The notes: generated by a model from the letters alone, not told the origin. DNA of 64,000 bases from Methanomethylovorans hollandica DSM 15978 (GCF_000328665.1 NC_019977.1:1178001-1242000), one strand, 5' to 3'. Shown: positions 9,687-19,147, counted from the first letter of the stretch. Program-made: numbers and translations.

Positions 9687-10730
9687 TCAATCTGATTTAT
9701 GTAAGAATTCATCGTGCGCCACACCAAAAATTGGAATTACTTCTTCACACCTGGGACATGTTCCCTTTGTATTTATATTGTACTCCAGCAAGGAGAATAC
9801 ATTTCTTTTGATCAAAAGCATCCCACACTTCGGACAGTAAGTGTTCTCATAATCATGGCCGGGCATATTCCCTATATAAACAAACCTCATGCCTTCCTCT
9901 CTAGCTATGTGGTATGCCTCTTCCAATTTCCGCATAGGCGTGGGGGAGGCATCAGACATACGATATTGAGGATGGAACCGTGTAAAATGTAAAGGTGTAT
10001 CAGCTCCCAGGTTCCCGTATATCCACCTGACCATGCTCCTTATCTCTTGGGCAGAATCATTGTGACCCGGAATCACAAGGTTCACAACTTCCACATGCAT
10101 TCCGAGTTCACGGGCAAGCTTTGTCGATTCCAGCACCGGTCCTAGTTTCGCACTGGCAACACTTCTGTAAAACTCCTCTGTAAAAGCTTTGATATCCACC
10201 CTGAAAGCATCCAGATATGGAGATATGTGCTCTAGTGCTTCAGCAGTAATATATCCGTTTGTAATATATGCAGTTGCAATACCTGCCTCTTTTGCAAGCC
10301 TGGCACAGTCATAAGTATATTCGTACCAGATGGTAGGCTCATTATAGGTCCATGTGATAGTCCTTGCCCCTGTGGTAATTGCCCTCTGCACAGCCTCTGT
10401 GGGCGTGATCTCCACTGTACAGGCTTCATCTATCTCTATCTGGGATATAGTCCAGTTCTGACAATGTGCACATCTGAAATTGCATCCGATGGTACCCAGT
10501 GAATATGCAAGTGTACCCGGGTAGAAATGGAATAACGGTTTCTTTTCTATCGGATCAACTGCCTCACTGGAAACAGTGTTGTATATCAAAGTGTAAAAAG
10601 TGCCATTCCTGTTCTCACGTACCCTGCAAAATCCCCTCTTTCCATGAGCTACAATACACCTGTGACTGCAAACTCTGCAACGGACCTTGTTCCCTTCAAG
10701 CTTATCGTAAAGCATAGCTTCCTTGATCAT
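9687..10730 (-). CDS. amrS: AmmeMemoRadiSam system radical SAM enzyme
   Basis: 'CRVCSHRC', 'DPIEKKPLFHFYPG', CxxxCxxC 'CNFRCAHC'. Confidence 0.9.
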   Translation of the reverse strand: MIKEAMLYDKLEGNKVRCRVCSHRCIVAHGKRGFCRVRENRNGTFYTLIYNTVSSEAVDPIEKKPLFHFYPGTLAYSLGTIGCNFRCAHCQNWTISQIEIDEACTVEITPTEAVQRAITTGARTITWTYNEPTIWYEYTYDCARLAKEAGIATAYITNGYITAEALEHISPYLDAFRVDIKAFTEEFYRSVASAKLGPVLESTKLARELGMHVEVVNLVIPGHNDSAQEIRSMVRWIYGNLGADTPLHFTRFHPQYRMSDASPTPMRKLEEAYHIAREEGMRFVYIGNMPGHDYENTYCPKCGMLLIKRNVFSLLEYNINTKGTCPRCEEVIPIFGVAHDEFLHKSD

Positions 10731-10867
10731 ATAAGCCTCCCTGAAATAACATCGGGTTCTAATGACTTAAGCCTTATCAGAGAGGTATCAATGATCCAAT
10801 TCTGTTATGATCAAGGACAATGTGCCACAGCTGGCAAGCACCATGATTTTACCCAGATTCACTAAGC

Positions 10868-11170
10868 TCAAATAACATAATCAACTACAAATCGTTCTTC
10901 CTTGATCTTGCCAACGATCTGTGCAACCTTTACATGTTCAGGATGTTTCTGATATGTTATCAATGCTTTCTCGTCCTTGAACTTGGAGTATAACACTACA
11001 TCAAAGGCAGCTTCAGAAGGTATTAAGTTCATTCCTACTTCTATATGTTCGATCTCAGTTATCTTTCCTTTTAAGCCTTCAAGCATTTCCTTCATCATTT
11101 TTGCATTTTCTGCCTTTGTTCTTCCCTCTGCATGTTCTTTTAACTTCCACATAACTATATGTTTTAACAT
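10868..11170 (-). CDS. Dabb (stress-responsive A/B barrel) protein
   Basis: 'KHIVMWKLK', 'YQKHPEHVKV', 'VVDY'. Confidence 0.85.
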   Translation of the reverse strand: MLKHIVMWKLKEHAEGRTKAENAKMMKEMLEGLKGKITEIEHIEVGMNLIPSEAAFDVVLYSKFKDEKALITYQKHPEHVKVAQIVGKIKEERFVVDYVI

Positions 11171-11241
11171 GATACTCCCTATACTTTTCAGATATTATAA
11201 ATCCGGTTGAGATCCCTTCATGAATACTTACTTATCGGACA

Positions 11242-12768
11242 TTATCTTCTCATCCCTGGTATTTTCTGAATGGGACCGAAACGTTTCATAAATTGGTATA
11301 TTTCGTCATCTGTCCTTATAACATATATATAATACAGCACAATGAACAATCCGGATATGCCCACAATTAAATATTGGTTGATCTCAAAATATTTCAGGAT
11401 AAAAAGGATTGCTCCAACAGGTGAGAACAGTAGTAGTTCGGATAGAATTATATTTCTTACATGGGACATTTTAACCCTGGAATAAGATAACATCTTGTAA
11501 CATAAATAACCGTATACAAAAGTTCCTGATAATGCAAAAAGAAACAAAGCCATTCTTGCACTACCCATCATCCCTCCGATAACCAAAGATAATAAACGGG
11601 TTATTAAATTAAATATATTGAATTTCAGACCGAATTGCTGTTTTTCCATGACCACATATATTGAACTAAGTGGATGGGACAGGAACCATACAAAAGCCCA
11701 TATGCTCAGGATCTGAGCGTAAACGCCGGCTTCAGCCCATGAACTACCGAAAATTACGCTAAATACATCACTTCCTACAAATGCAAGTGTCAATATAGGG
11801 AACAATCCAACTATTACAAGCACTTTGAAAACAGTTTCAACGAGGGTATCCAGACCACCCTGAGAATTGGCAACAGATGCCCTTTGAAAGAAAACCTGGC
11901 TCAGAGAGCTACCTATAAAACTCATTGGCATCTGTAGAATTCTAAAACCAATGGAATAGAAGCCGACTACTGCAGGAGAAAAATAAAAAGCTAACAGAAA
12001 AGCAGGAAGCTGCCAGGAGATACTGTTCAATAGAGCTGACCATGTATCTATCAAAGGGAATTTCTTATACCTTTTCAAACCCTGTATGAACTTTTGTGGA
12101 TGAAGGTTCGCTCTTATAAAGTTTTTATCATCTCTCCAGATCTGTCCTCCCAGGGTTAGAGTTGAAATTATATTTCCCACAAGATTGCCAACTATCAGGC
12201 CTCCAGTAAGCGGATATCGTATAAGACCGGAAACAATCTGTGTTCCTGTTGTCGAAAGGGAGCGGGAGACCTGGGCAAAAGAAAGTCTCTTGAAATGCTT
12301 TGTTCTGGAGTTCCAGTAGTTTAAAGCCTGAAATATCCCGTTGACAAAAATAAATAGTGGTATCATCCACAGATAATCGCCGAGCTGGGGAGAATTCAGC
12401 ATCAAAGCTATTTCATTTTTAAAAAAGTATATTGGCAGAATGGTTATAGCTGTTATGACAAAAACGATCGATAAGCTCAATCCCAAAAGATTTACCGCTT
12501 CTTCATCAGAATCCGGGAGCATTATAGAAAACTCATATCTCAGGCAGGCGATGATCCCAAGGATCATTGTAATTGAGATCAATAAAGCCCAGGTACCAAA
12601 CTCTTCAGGGGTATACAGTCTTGCAAGTACAGGAGAAGCCAGTATGGTCACTATCTGGGCAAAGGTCGTTCCGCCCACAAGTGTTAGTACATCTGCTGCA
12701 AAACTTTTTTTCTTTTTAACTGGTAAAGAAACATCACTATGGAGCAGGTTTGAACTTTTCATGAGCAT
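11242..12768 (-). CDS. Wzx-type polysaccharide flippase
   Basis: About 12-14 TM segments; 'ARLYTPEEFG', 'VGFYSIGFRILQMP'. Confidence 0.85.
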   Translation of the reverse strand: MLMKSSNLLHSDVSLPVKKKKSFAADVLTLVGGTTFAQIVTILASPVLARLYTPEEFGTWALLISITMILGIIACLRYEFSIMLPDSDEEAVNLLGLSLSIVFVITAITILPIYFFKNEIALMLNSPQLGDYLWMIPLFIFVNGIFQALNYWNSRTKHFKRLSFAQVSRSLSTTGTQIVSGLIRYPLTGGLIVGNLVGNIISTLTLGGQIWRDDKNFIRANLHPQKFIQGLKRYKKFPLIDTWSALLNSISWQLPAFLLAFYFSPAVVGFYSIGFRILQMPMSFIGSSLSQVFFQRASVANSQGGLDTLVETVFKVLVIVGLFPILTLAFVGSDVFSVIFGSSWAEAGVYAQILSIWAFVWFLSHPLSSIYVVMEKQQFGLKFNIFNLITRLLSLVIGGMMGSARMALFLFALSGTFVYGYLCYKMLSYSRVKMSHVRNIILSELLLFSPVGAILFILKYFEINQYLIVGISGLFIVLYYIYVIRTDDEIYQFMKRFGPIQKIPGMRR

Positions 12769-13415
12769 ACCCGAAAGTATTATTTTTTATGAACATCGAA
12801 TTTTAACAACAGTTGAGCCCCATAAAGGCTTTTTCCGTTAATATACCTATCTATAAAAATCGGTCTGTAAAAAACCTGTTATTTATTGGAAGCATTCAAA
12901 TAAATAATTTATAAGTGCTATTACGATAATGCTATCAGCAGAACACAGTATTGACAATTTTCAAATAACGGTGTCTTTAGAAATCCTCTATATTTTGTTA
13001 CTTATTTCTTCATTTTCGTACAACATATACTTCAAAAAAACATACATTAGAGAGATGAACACTCAGGGCATAAAGGCACTTGGAGTCGGCACAGTAAAGA
13101 ATTGGAGGGATAATAATTCCATTATCGATAGTGCTGCTCTTCACTTTTATTATATCTTACACTGCCGGATGTTGAGCTTGTCTGAGGTGCATAGTAATAG
13201 GTTCCACTATGAATGCTCTTCTGATAACCATCGGGAAATATACAGTTGTATTCTACATGGCACATAGTAATCTGACATGGGTCTCCATGGGAGCAGAATG
13301 CATTAAAGTGTATTCACAATACTTGTCAAAGTCTTGCGGACCATGATACTTATAGGAAGCTGAAAAAACCATAAACTTAAATCCTTGTCTTCAGAGTATT
13401 ATATGAAGTGGTTCC

Positions 13416-13781
13416 ATGCCAACAATAGTGCATCTGGATATTCCGGCAGATGATCCGGAAAGAGCTAGTAAGTTCTATTCAAGACTTTTTGACTGGAACA
13501 TTGAACTGAATCCTGAATTCGAATATTATATGGTGCATACACAAGGCCTTGATGGTACTGATGGTCCGGGGGGAGGCATAGGAAAGCGACAGGGTGATCA
13601 GAAAATTACAGCATATATAGGGGTTCCTTCGGTAGATGAATATATCACAAAAGTGGAGTCATTGGGAGGAAAGACCGTTGCTCCCAAGATCGCTGTGCCA
13701 GGAATGGGGTACCTTGCAGTATGCCTGGATACGGAGAATAATACTTTTGGACTATGGGAAGACAATGCAGATGCCAAATGA
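13416..13781 (+). CDS. VOC/glyoxalase-family protein
   Basis: 'VHLDIPADDPERASKFY', 'DTENNTFGLWE'. Confidence 0.85.
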   Translation: MPTIVHLDIPADDPERASKFYSRLFDWNIELNPEFEYYMVHTQGLDGTDGPGGGIGKRQGDQKITAYIGVPSVDEYITKVESLGGKTVAPKIAVPGMGYLAVCLDTENNTFGLWEDNADAK

Positions 13782-13938
13782 AGAAGTTACAGAGACTTTG
13801 CTTTAGTTTTTTAAATTGTCTTCCTTTTCTTTTCTCTTGTGACAGAAGATATCTGTAACTATCAAGGCATTGCTGGCGGCTCTCTATAATGTTAATCCTG
13901 ATATCTATTTCGCTTTGATACAGATCCGTGGAACAATG

Positions 13939-14874
13939 TCAATTAATCTCTACAGCATATCTTATTATGTCATGGATAGAATCCACATATTCCACACGGA
14001 TCCCTATAGTCTCCTCAATATGTGTTTTGGCATCGATGATCTCCGGCCTCCTTTCTATAATAGAAAAGCCACCGATGTTCTTTTCTACATAGCTGTATTG
14101 TACAAGTCTCCTGTTCTCTCGTGGTAACAGGAACAGTTCCTTACCATTATCTTTTGCAGCCTCTGCTTTTTCCACTATGCCTCCAACTGCACCTACATTA
14201 CCATACTGATCGATGGTACCGGTCATGGTGACACTATCATTCAATTGTTCATTTTTAAGGGCTGAGATCATGAGCAATGTCATCAATGCACCGGCACTGG
14301 GTCCGTCCACTGAAGGCACTTCATCAGCAGCAGTTATGCTGAATATCGTATCGCTGGCCATCAGATTTGAATTTGTGATGTTCTGTGCCAGGAAAACAGC
14401 AGTATTGGCTGCATCCTGGAACACCACGCCCATAAGCGGTTTAGTTTCCACCAGTACCCTGCCTTTTCCCGGATCTATCTCAACGGATATGTCCATCATT
14501 GATCCTTTTTCGATTACTGTCTGTCTGATGAAAGGTCCATCAATATATTCTTCAATGCTCTGGTACACAGCAGGAGCCTGCAGGCTGGCAGTTCCTTCAT
14601 ACCCATCAGATGAAAGACCCATACTGTATTCTATTTCGTTCAATCGCTGCCTATAATAGTCTATCTGAGAGGCATACGACTGAAGAGAAACATTGTCCTG
14701 GCTTATTTGCGCATTAAGAATCTCGTTCTCTGCTTCAAGGGAATTGATACTGTCCTGTAATATTCGTACCTGCTCATCCTGTACGGGTTGTTGTAATGCC
14801 AACAAGTAGAGATTTGCAGTGAGCGAAATGATCAGCAGAAAGATACATACCTTATGTTTCGTGGCATAAGTCAT
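13939..14874 (-). CDS. Membrane-anchored Lon-like (S16) serine protease
   Basis: 'DGPSAG' catalytic Ser, 'TGTI...GAVGGIVEKAEAA' catalytic Lys; N-terminal TM and coiled coil. Confidence 0.85.
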   Translation of the reverse strand: MTYATKHKVCIFLLIISLTANLYLLALQQPVQDEQVRILQDSINSLEAENEILNAQISQDNVSLQSYASQIDYYRQRLNEIEYSMGLSSDGYEGTASLQAPAVYQSIEEYIDGPFIRQTVIEKGSMMDISVEIDPGKGRVLVETKPLMGVVFQDAANTAVFLAQNITNSNLMASDTIFSITAADEVPSVDGPSAGALMTLLMISALKNEQLNDSVTMTGTIDQYGNVGAVGGIVEKAEAAKDNGKELFLLPRENRRLVQYSYVEKNIGGFSIIERRPEIIDAKTHIEETIGIRVEYVDSIHDIIRYAVEIN

Positions 14875-14882
14875 TATAATAC
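14866..14882 (+). repeat. Candidate attL (ATAAGTCAtTATaATAC)
   Basis: 15/17 identical to 50721-50737; overlaps the start codon of the Lon-like gene. Confidence 0.55.
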
Positions 14883-14898
14883 CAGAAAAACACTATCA

Positions 14899-15222
14899 CT
14901 ATACGTATTTTAGATGTATGCCATCGTGGCAGTACATGCTTAGCTCTATTTTGATCTGCTGAATAATGTCACAGCAGTACCTATCCAGGATTCGGAACTT
15001 GTCTTTTAGGATGTGACACAGCTCTGTTTTTGTGATACCATCATAGACATACCCGGACAGCTCCCTAAGCACATCCTTTGCCAGCTCTGAAGCGGTGCAG
15101 GCATCCATTACCTGCACATCTATAATCTCTGATTCTGCGTTTGCTGGCCTAACAGATTCTTGTATCAGCAGATCCAGGCAGACCTGATCTCCACACGCGG
15201 GGCATTTTGTTTTGATATACAC
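14899..15222 (-). CDS. Proviral hypothetical protein with CxxC
   Basis: 'CPACGDQVC'; co-oriented with the repressor operon. Confidence 0.55.
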   Translation of the reverse strand: MYIKTKCPACGDQVCLDLLIQESVRPANAESEIIDVQVMDACTASELAKDVLRELSGYVYDGITKTELCHILKDKFRILDRYCCDIIQQIKIELSMYCHDGIHLKYV

Positions 15223-15232
15223 TTGATCTTCC

Positions 15233-15784
15233 TCAGGTATTCCCTACTGCAATAGATACCGTGTTAGCGGTGTCCCAAAACCCGCTTGTTAGCTCTACAG
15301 TGAATGTTTCACCCATCGGAACGTCAAACGCAATTCTTCCGGTCGTAGGTAGGCCAGGTTGAATCTGTTTCAAAAATATGGAGTTCCCGAGATGAATGTC
15401 TGCTTCACTGTCCGAAGCAAATTTTCTTCCCTGTGAGTCTACCGCTTGAACATTAAATGAATACAGTACTGCAGATTCTTTCCCCAAGTTTTCTGCTTCC
15501 AGCTCAACCACCAAAAATACACCGTCTGCTTTTGCTCCGAAATCACTGCTTCCTAAACTAGAAGCCGTTCTCACTGTTTTCACAGTATATGCAGTATCAC
15601 CAACGACCGCTCTTTCGCCTATGCCATACTGTTTAACAGCCACTTGAGCAGCAGGCTGTCCTGCAGTAGTCGTGGTTTTTGTCTGAGTAGTTGCAGTGGT
15701 CTGTTCTTCCGGAGATCCACCCAGGAGCGCAAGCAGCACCAGCCCTACCACAATAGCTAATATTATTTTCAGTATTTTTCCCAT
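15233..15784 (-). CDS. DUF4352-like membrane-anchored protein
   Basis: N-terminal TM, Thr-rich linker, 'FLVVELEAENLGKE', 'DSQGRKF', 'IQPG..TTGRIAFDVP'. Confidence 0.75.
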   Translation of the reverse strand: MGKILKIILAIVVGLVLLALLGGSPEEQTTATTQTKTTTTAGQPAAQVAVKQYGIGERAVVGDTAYTVKTVRTASSLGSSDFGAKADGVFLVVELEAENLGKESAVLYSFNVQAVDSQGRKFASDSEADIHLGNSIFLKQIQPGLPTTGRIAFDVPMGETFTVELTSGFWDTANTVSIAVGNT

Positions 15785-15853
15785 TTTCAACACCTGTTTT
15801 TTTATTAACAATATAAAAAACAATCGTATAGTATAAGCTTTTTCCTGTATACC

Positions 15854-16171
15854 TTAGTAGTGGTTAATAATTCCCGGATCATCTGTTGTTTGAGGAGTAT
15901 GCGAAGCAAGCGCCCGTTGTAGTATAGTGCGGATAAGTGCTTCCCCTTCTGTGCTGTGCATATATTCTTGAATGAGAGTTTCTACTTCCCGGCTGTCGGC
16001 AACTACACCATGTTTGCTGAAAAACTCATACAGCGCAACAGACACAATGTTTGACTGTGACCCATAGTCTCCTCGCTTAGATAATTTCTCAAGTTTTTCA
16101 ACTAGGTTTTCATCTAGCGCAAATGATTTTGTTTTCTTCTTTCGGTTATCGGTTGTCTCTTCCAAGTCCAT
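15854..16171 (-). CDS. RHH (CopG-like) DNA-binding protein, putative proviral repressor
   Basis: 'TKSFALDENLVEKLEKL...SQSNIVSVALYEF' RHH pattern; divergent from the early operon. Confidence 0.7.
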   Translation of the reverse strand: MDLEETTDNRKKKTKSFALDENLVEKLEKLSKRGDYGSQSNIVSVALYEFFSKHGVVADSREVETLIQEYMHSTEGEALIRTILQRALASHTPQTTDDPGIINHY

Positions 16172-16284
16172 GTTTAATAAAGAGTTATTAATAAGTATAT
16201 ACCTTCTTATTGACCTGTTATTGACTGGTTATGAAAAACTATAAATAGGTTAAGGTAATAACTAGTAAATAACAGGTCATTATC
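16172..16284. promoter_or_regulatory. Divergent promoter/operator region
   Basis: 12-bp inverted repeat TGACCTGTTATT (16211-16222) / AATAACAGGTCA (16268-16279) flanks TATA-like TATAAATA (16240-16247). Confidence 0.65.
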
Positions 16285-16449
16285 ATGTCACAAAACGCAC
16301 GGATGGTTAGTTTCCTTGCACCGGCTTCACTCATAGAAGAGGTCGAGGCCCTGGTACAAGAAGGGACGTTCACTCACATGAGCGATGCCTGGCGAGGAGT
16401 ATCAAGGAACGGAGTAGAGGTAGAACATGGCAGGAAAAAGAAGGTGTGA
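16285..16449 (+). CDS. 54-aa RHH protein (Cro-like position; absent from the ORF track)
   Basis: MSQNARMVSFLAPASLIEEVEALVQEGTFTHMSDAWR... Confidence 0.65.
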   Translation: MSQNARMVSFLAPASLIEEVEALVQEGTFTHMSDAWRGVSRNGVEVEHGRKKKV

Positions 16450-16675
16450 AACAAAGTCCATCTCAATGGACGCGATCACAGAGGAAAACCTAGACTATAT
16501 CCTAGGTTCTCATTACTGCAACTCATTGGGTGCAAGTGCGTTCATTTGCGCTATTATCAATGAGCGTGCAGCGGAATTGAAGTTAATTAACAGAATGGAA
16601 AAGGCCGCTGAAGTTGTCGTGCCACAGGGCTGGTACGGTGGATCGAGTGGTATAGTAGCAATAGCAGGAGTCTGA
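16427..16675 (+). CDS. Probable RHH protein
   Basis: 'TKSISMD...ENLDYI...ASAFICAII'. Confidence 0.5.
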   Translation: MAGKRRCETKSISMDAITEENLDYILGSHYCNSLGASAFICAIINERAAELKLINRMEKAAEVVVPQGWYGGSSGIVAIAGV

Positions 16676-16680
16676 GCGAG

Positions 16681-16878
16681 ATGTCAAGAAGTGGAAAAAC
16701 TGAGACTCGCTCATCTCCTACAACGCAGGAAGAGCAGATAAACCTATCTCAGGATGAGCTGGAAAAGCTGAGAGGGGATTATAGTGACTGCTCTCTGGAC
16801 TGGGAGCGCCAAGCACAGCAGGGGATCATCTCTCAGAGGGATCTTGCGGAAATCAAAGAACTGTTAGGGGTGGCATGA
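16681..16878 (+). CDS. Proviral hypothetical protein
   Basis: Part of the tightly packed early operon. Confidence 0.55.
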   Translation: MSRSGKTETRSSPTTQEEQINLSQDELEKLRGDYSDCSLDWERQAQQGIISQRDLAEIKELLGVA

Positions 16879-17149
16879 ATGGCTAAGGCGTGTACATGTG
16901 GCGAATGCTCAGAATGTTTGGAGATCATGAGCAGAGAACAGGCAGAGACTAGAGACCGATATGAGAGAGGGCTGTCGGATTGGAGGAACTACTAATGCCC
17001 TCCTTTGACCTACCTCTACTGCAAGAGAAGTATGTGCTACAACAGCATGAAATCGAGCTGCTCAAGAGGACAGTAGCGCACTTGCAGAGGGAGAATACAA
17101 TCATGCTGAGAGAGCTGGAAATCATCAAGAGCCAGAGAGGCACAACAGC

Positions 17150-17344
17150 ATGATAGGGCCCTCAAAGTGCTGGAGGTGTTCTAACTGTGATTCAAACAGG
17201 ATATACCTCCGTACACGGACTAGAGACTATAGATGTTATTATTGTGGGTACATCATGGAAAATCCAAAGCAGTGCGATAGACGCGGCAATAATCCATCTG
17301 GCCCGTTGCCTCCTTCCCGAAATCTGCGGAGGGTAAAAGCATGA
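17150..17344 (+). CDS. Zn-ribbon protein
   Basis: CSNC...CYYC; ATGA-coupled to its neighbours. Confidence 0.65.
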   Translation: MIGPSKCWRCSNCDSNRIYLRTRTRDYRCYYCGYIMENPKQCDRRGNNPSGPLPPSRNLRRVKA

Positions 17345-17658
17345 AGGTATGTCCAGAATGCAACTCTGCCAGGTTGTACAGGCGAATATTCGCAGCAGAG
17401 TACCGCTGTACAAAGTGCGGGCTGATATTCATTACTCCGAAAATAGTAGACGTACCCCGGGATTATAGCATCAGTACCGGAGTACTCACTGCTATAGAGC
17501 GGAAGCAGAGGTTGGAAAAGATAGCCCAGGTACACAAAGCAAATCCCCACTACACCCGGACAGATCTTAAAATGGTTTGCTTTGAATCATACTATATGGT
17601 CAGCCGATACTGGAAAGAGGTGTACAATTCACAGATGACGATGAACAAAACGGGATAA
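17341..17658 (+). CDS. Zn-ribbon protein
   Basis: CPEC...CTKC. Confidence 0.65.
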   Translation: MKVCPECNSARLYRRIFAAEYRCTKCGLIFITPKIVDVPRDYSISTGVLTAIERKQRLEKIAQVHKANPHYTRTDLKMVCFESYYMVSRYWKEVYNSQMTMNKTG

Positions 17659-17666
17659 ATCCAAAC

Positions 17667-17784
17667 GGGGAGCCCCTCCTCTCCCCTTAGTGCCGTGGCC
17701 AGTGCGTTTGAAGGCGCGGGGTGCGACTCCCTGCCTCGGCTTTTCCGCGTGGGGCTAGTTCTATTCCACTCCCCACCCACGCGG
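17667..17784 (+). other. GC-rich structured intergenic element with a tRNA-like acceptor/T-arm
   Basis: Hairpin GGGGAG/CTCCCC; stem GCCGTGG/CCTCGGC; T-arm-like CGGGG-TGCGACT-CCCTG; hairpin CCGCGTGGG/CCCACGCGG. Confidence 0.4.
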
Positions 17785-17826
17785 GCTTCCTTTGGGGAAA
17801 CGGGATAGAAAAGAAGGTGAAAGAAG

Positions 17827-18168
17827 ATGGAAGAAAGGATATGTATCAATGGAATTGAATACGAGCGTGTGAAACCGGTCGGTGAATTGCCATATGTAAT
17901 TGCAAGAACATACTCGGCTGGCGTATTTGCCGGATACCTGAAAGAACGCAACGGAAAAGAAGGTACACTTCTCAACGCTAGGAGAATTTGGTATTGGGAT
18001 GGTGCGGCATCTTTGTCACAGCTTGCTATGGAGGGTACATCGAAACCCACAAACTGCAAATTCCCCATAGCAGTTGAGCAGGTTGTGTTGACTGAGATTG
18101 TCGAAGTCCTCACTGTCACGCGTGCCGGTAAGAAGAGCATTGAAGAGGTGCCAGTATGGAAGAAATAA
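17827..18168 (+). CDS. Conserved phage protein (DUF6948-like)
   Basis: 'VIARTYSAGVFAGYL', 'NARRIWYWDGAASLSQLAMEG'. Confidence 0.7.
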   Translation: MEERICINGIEYERVKPVGELPYVIARTYSAGVFAGYLKERNGKEGTLLNARRIWYWDGAASLSQLAMEGTSKPTNCKFPIAVEQVVLTEIVEVLTVTRAGKKSIEEVPVWKK

Positions 18169-18434
18169 CCTCTGGATATGGCGATGGCTATGGCGATGGC
18201 TATGGCTCTGGCCATGGCTCTGGCTATGGCCATGGCTCTGGCTCTGGCTGTGGCGATGGCACTGGCGATGGCTATGGCTCTGGATATAGCGATGGCTCTG
18301 GCCATGGCTGTGGCGATGGCACTGGCTATGGCTCTGGCACTGGCTCTGGCTGTGGCTCTGGATATGGCGATGGCTATGGCGATGGCTATGGCGATGGCTA
18401 TGGCACTAGTGACGATTCAGACAATGATGATTAG
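18156..18434 (+). CDS. Gly-rich (GYGD/GSG)n repeat protein
   Basis: Tandem 6/12-bp repeats GGCGATGGCTAT; GAGGTG SD-like motif upstream. Confidence 0.6.
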   Translation: MEEITSGYGDGYGDGYGSGHGSGYGHGSGSGCGDGTGDGYGSGYSDGSGHGCGDGTGYGSGTGSGCGSGYGDGYGDGYGDGYGTSDDSDNDD

Positions 18435-18461
18435 GTGGACAATGTGACAAGGTGAAAGAAG

Positions 18462-18776
18462 ATGAAGAACGAGAACAAATACACGGAATCCATCGTATAT
18501 ATGGAAATGGACAAGATCCTTGAGGGGATTGGAATCAGGCAACTACCTAACCCTGTGCCTCCTGCTCTGGTAGAGAGATTCAAGAGGGCAGTGCTGGCAA
18601 AGGTAAATGATAATACCGATACTGTCGCAATGGTCGGCCGGATGCCTGAGGCAATGGCTATGGTGGTAGCAGCAGCCCTTGCTCAGAGAGTTACTCGCTT
18701 TGAGTATGGCGGGTATAGCCAGGTCTCTCATGTGATTTTTGACTACAGTGAGCAATGCCCGGAGATGAGGGTATGA
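18462..18776 (+). CDS. Proviral hypothetical protein
   Basis: SD AAGGTGA upstream. Confidence 0.6.
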   Translation: MKNENKYTESIVYMEMDKILEGIGIRQLPNPVPPALVERFKRAVLAKVNDNTDTVAMVGRMPEAMAMVVAAALAQRVTRFEYGGYSQVSHVIFDYSEQCPEMRV

Positions 18777-19147
18777 GCAGTGACGCTGCTAGAGACCTAG
18801 CTCTCAAAATCAATACTCTCAGAGAGCAGGCTGAAGAGTACGAGGTAGTGCTTAGAGACCTCAGATATCAACACTGGCTCGATATCGACACTAGCCAGAA
18901 AGAGCTGGGGCTGACTAACGAAACCAAGCGCAAGATGGCTCTTGAGCTAAGGCTAGAGACTGATGAAACGTACAGCAGGATAGCAAAGGAACTCCGGTAT
19001 GGGGTCAATATGCTCAAATCATGTATTGACCAAGAAGAGCTAGACCTGCTAAGAGAGTACATCGAGGCAGATGAAAGGATATCAGAAGAAGATAAGCAAA
19101 TGGATTTCAAGTATTTTGATGCTGTGGAAATATTACTAGGGATGTGA
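18773..19147 (+). CDS. Coiled-coil hypothetical protein
   Basis: ATGA overlap with the upstream gene; heptad-rich. Confidence 0.6.
   Translation: MSSDAARDLALKINTLREQAEEYEVVLRDLRYQHWLDIDTSQKELGLTNETKRKMALELRLETDETYSRIAKELRYGVNMLKSCIDQEELDLLREYIEADERISEEDKQMDFKYFDAVEILLGM

Noticed and set aside
12929..13267. 112-aa ORF between the flippase and VOC genes
   Set aside because: AT-rich, no motif or clear initiation signal; probably intergenic or decayed sequence.
17592..18447. (MA)n, (WL)n and reverse-strand (AI/AR)n ORFs as genes
   Set aside because: Shadow frames of the Gly-rich repeat; variation pattern and SD favour the Gly frame.
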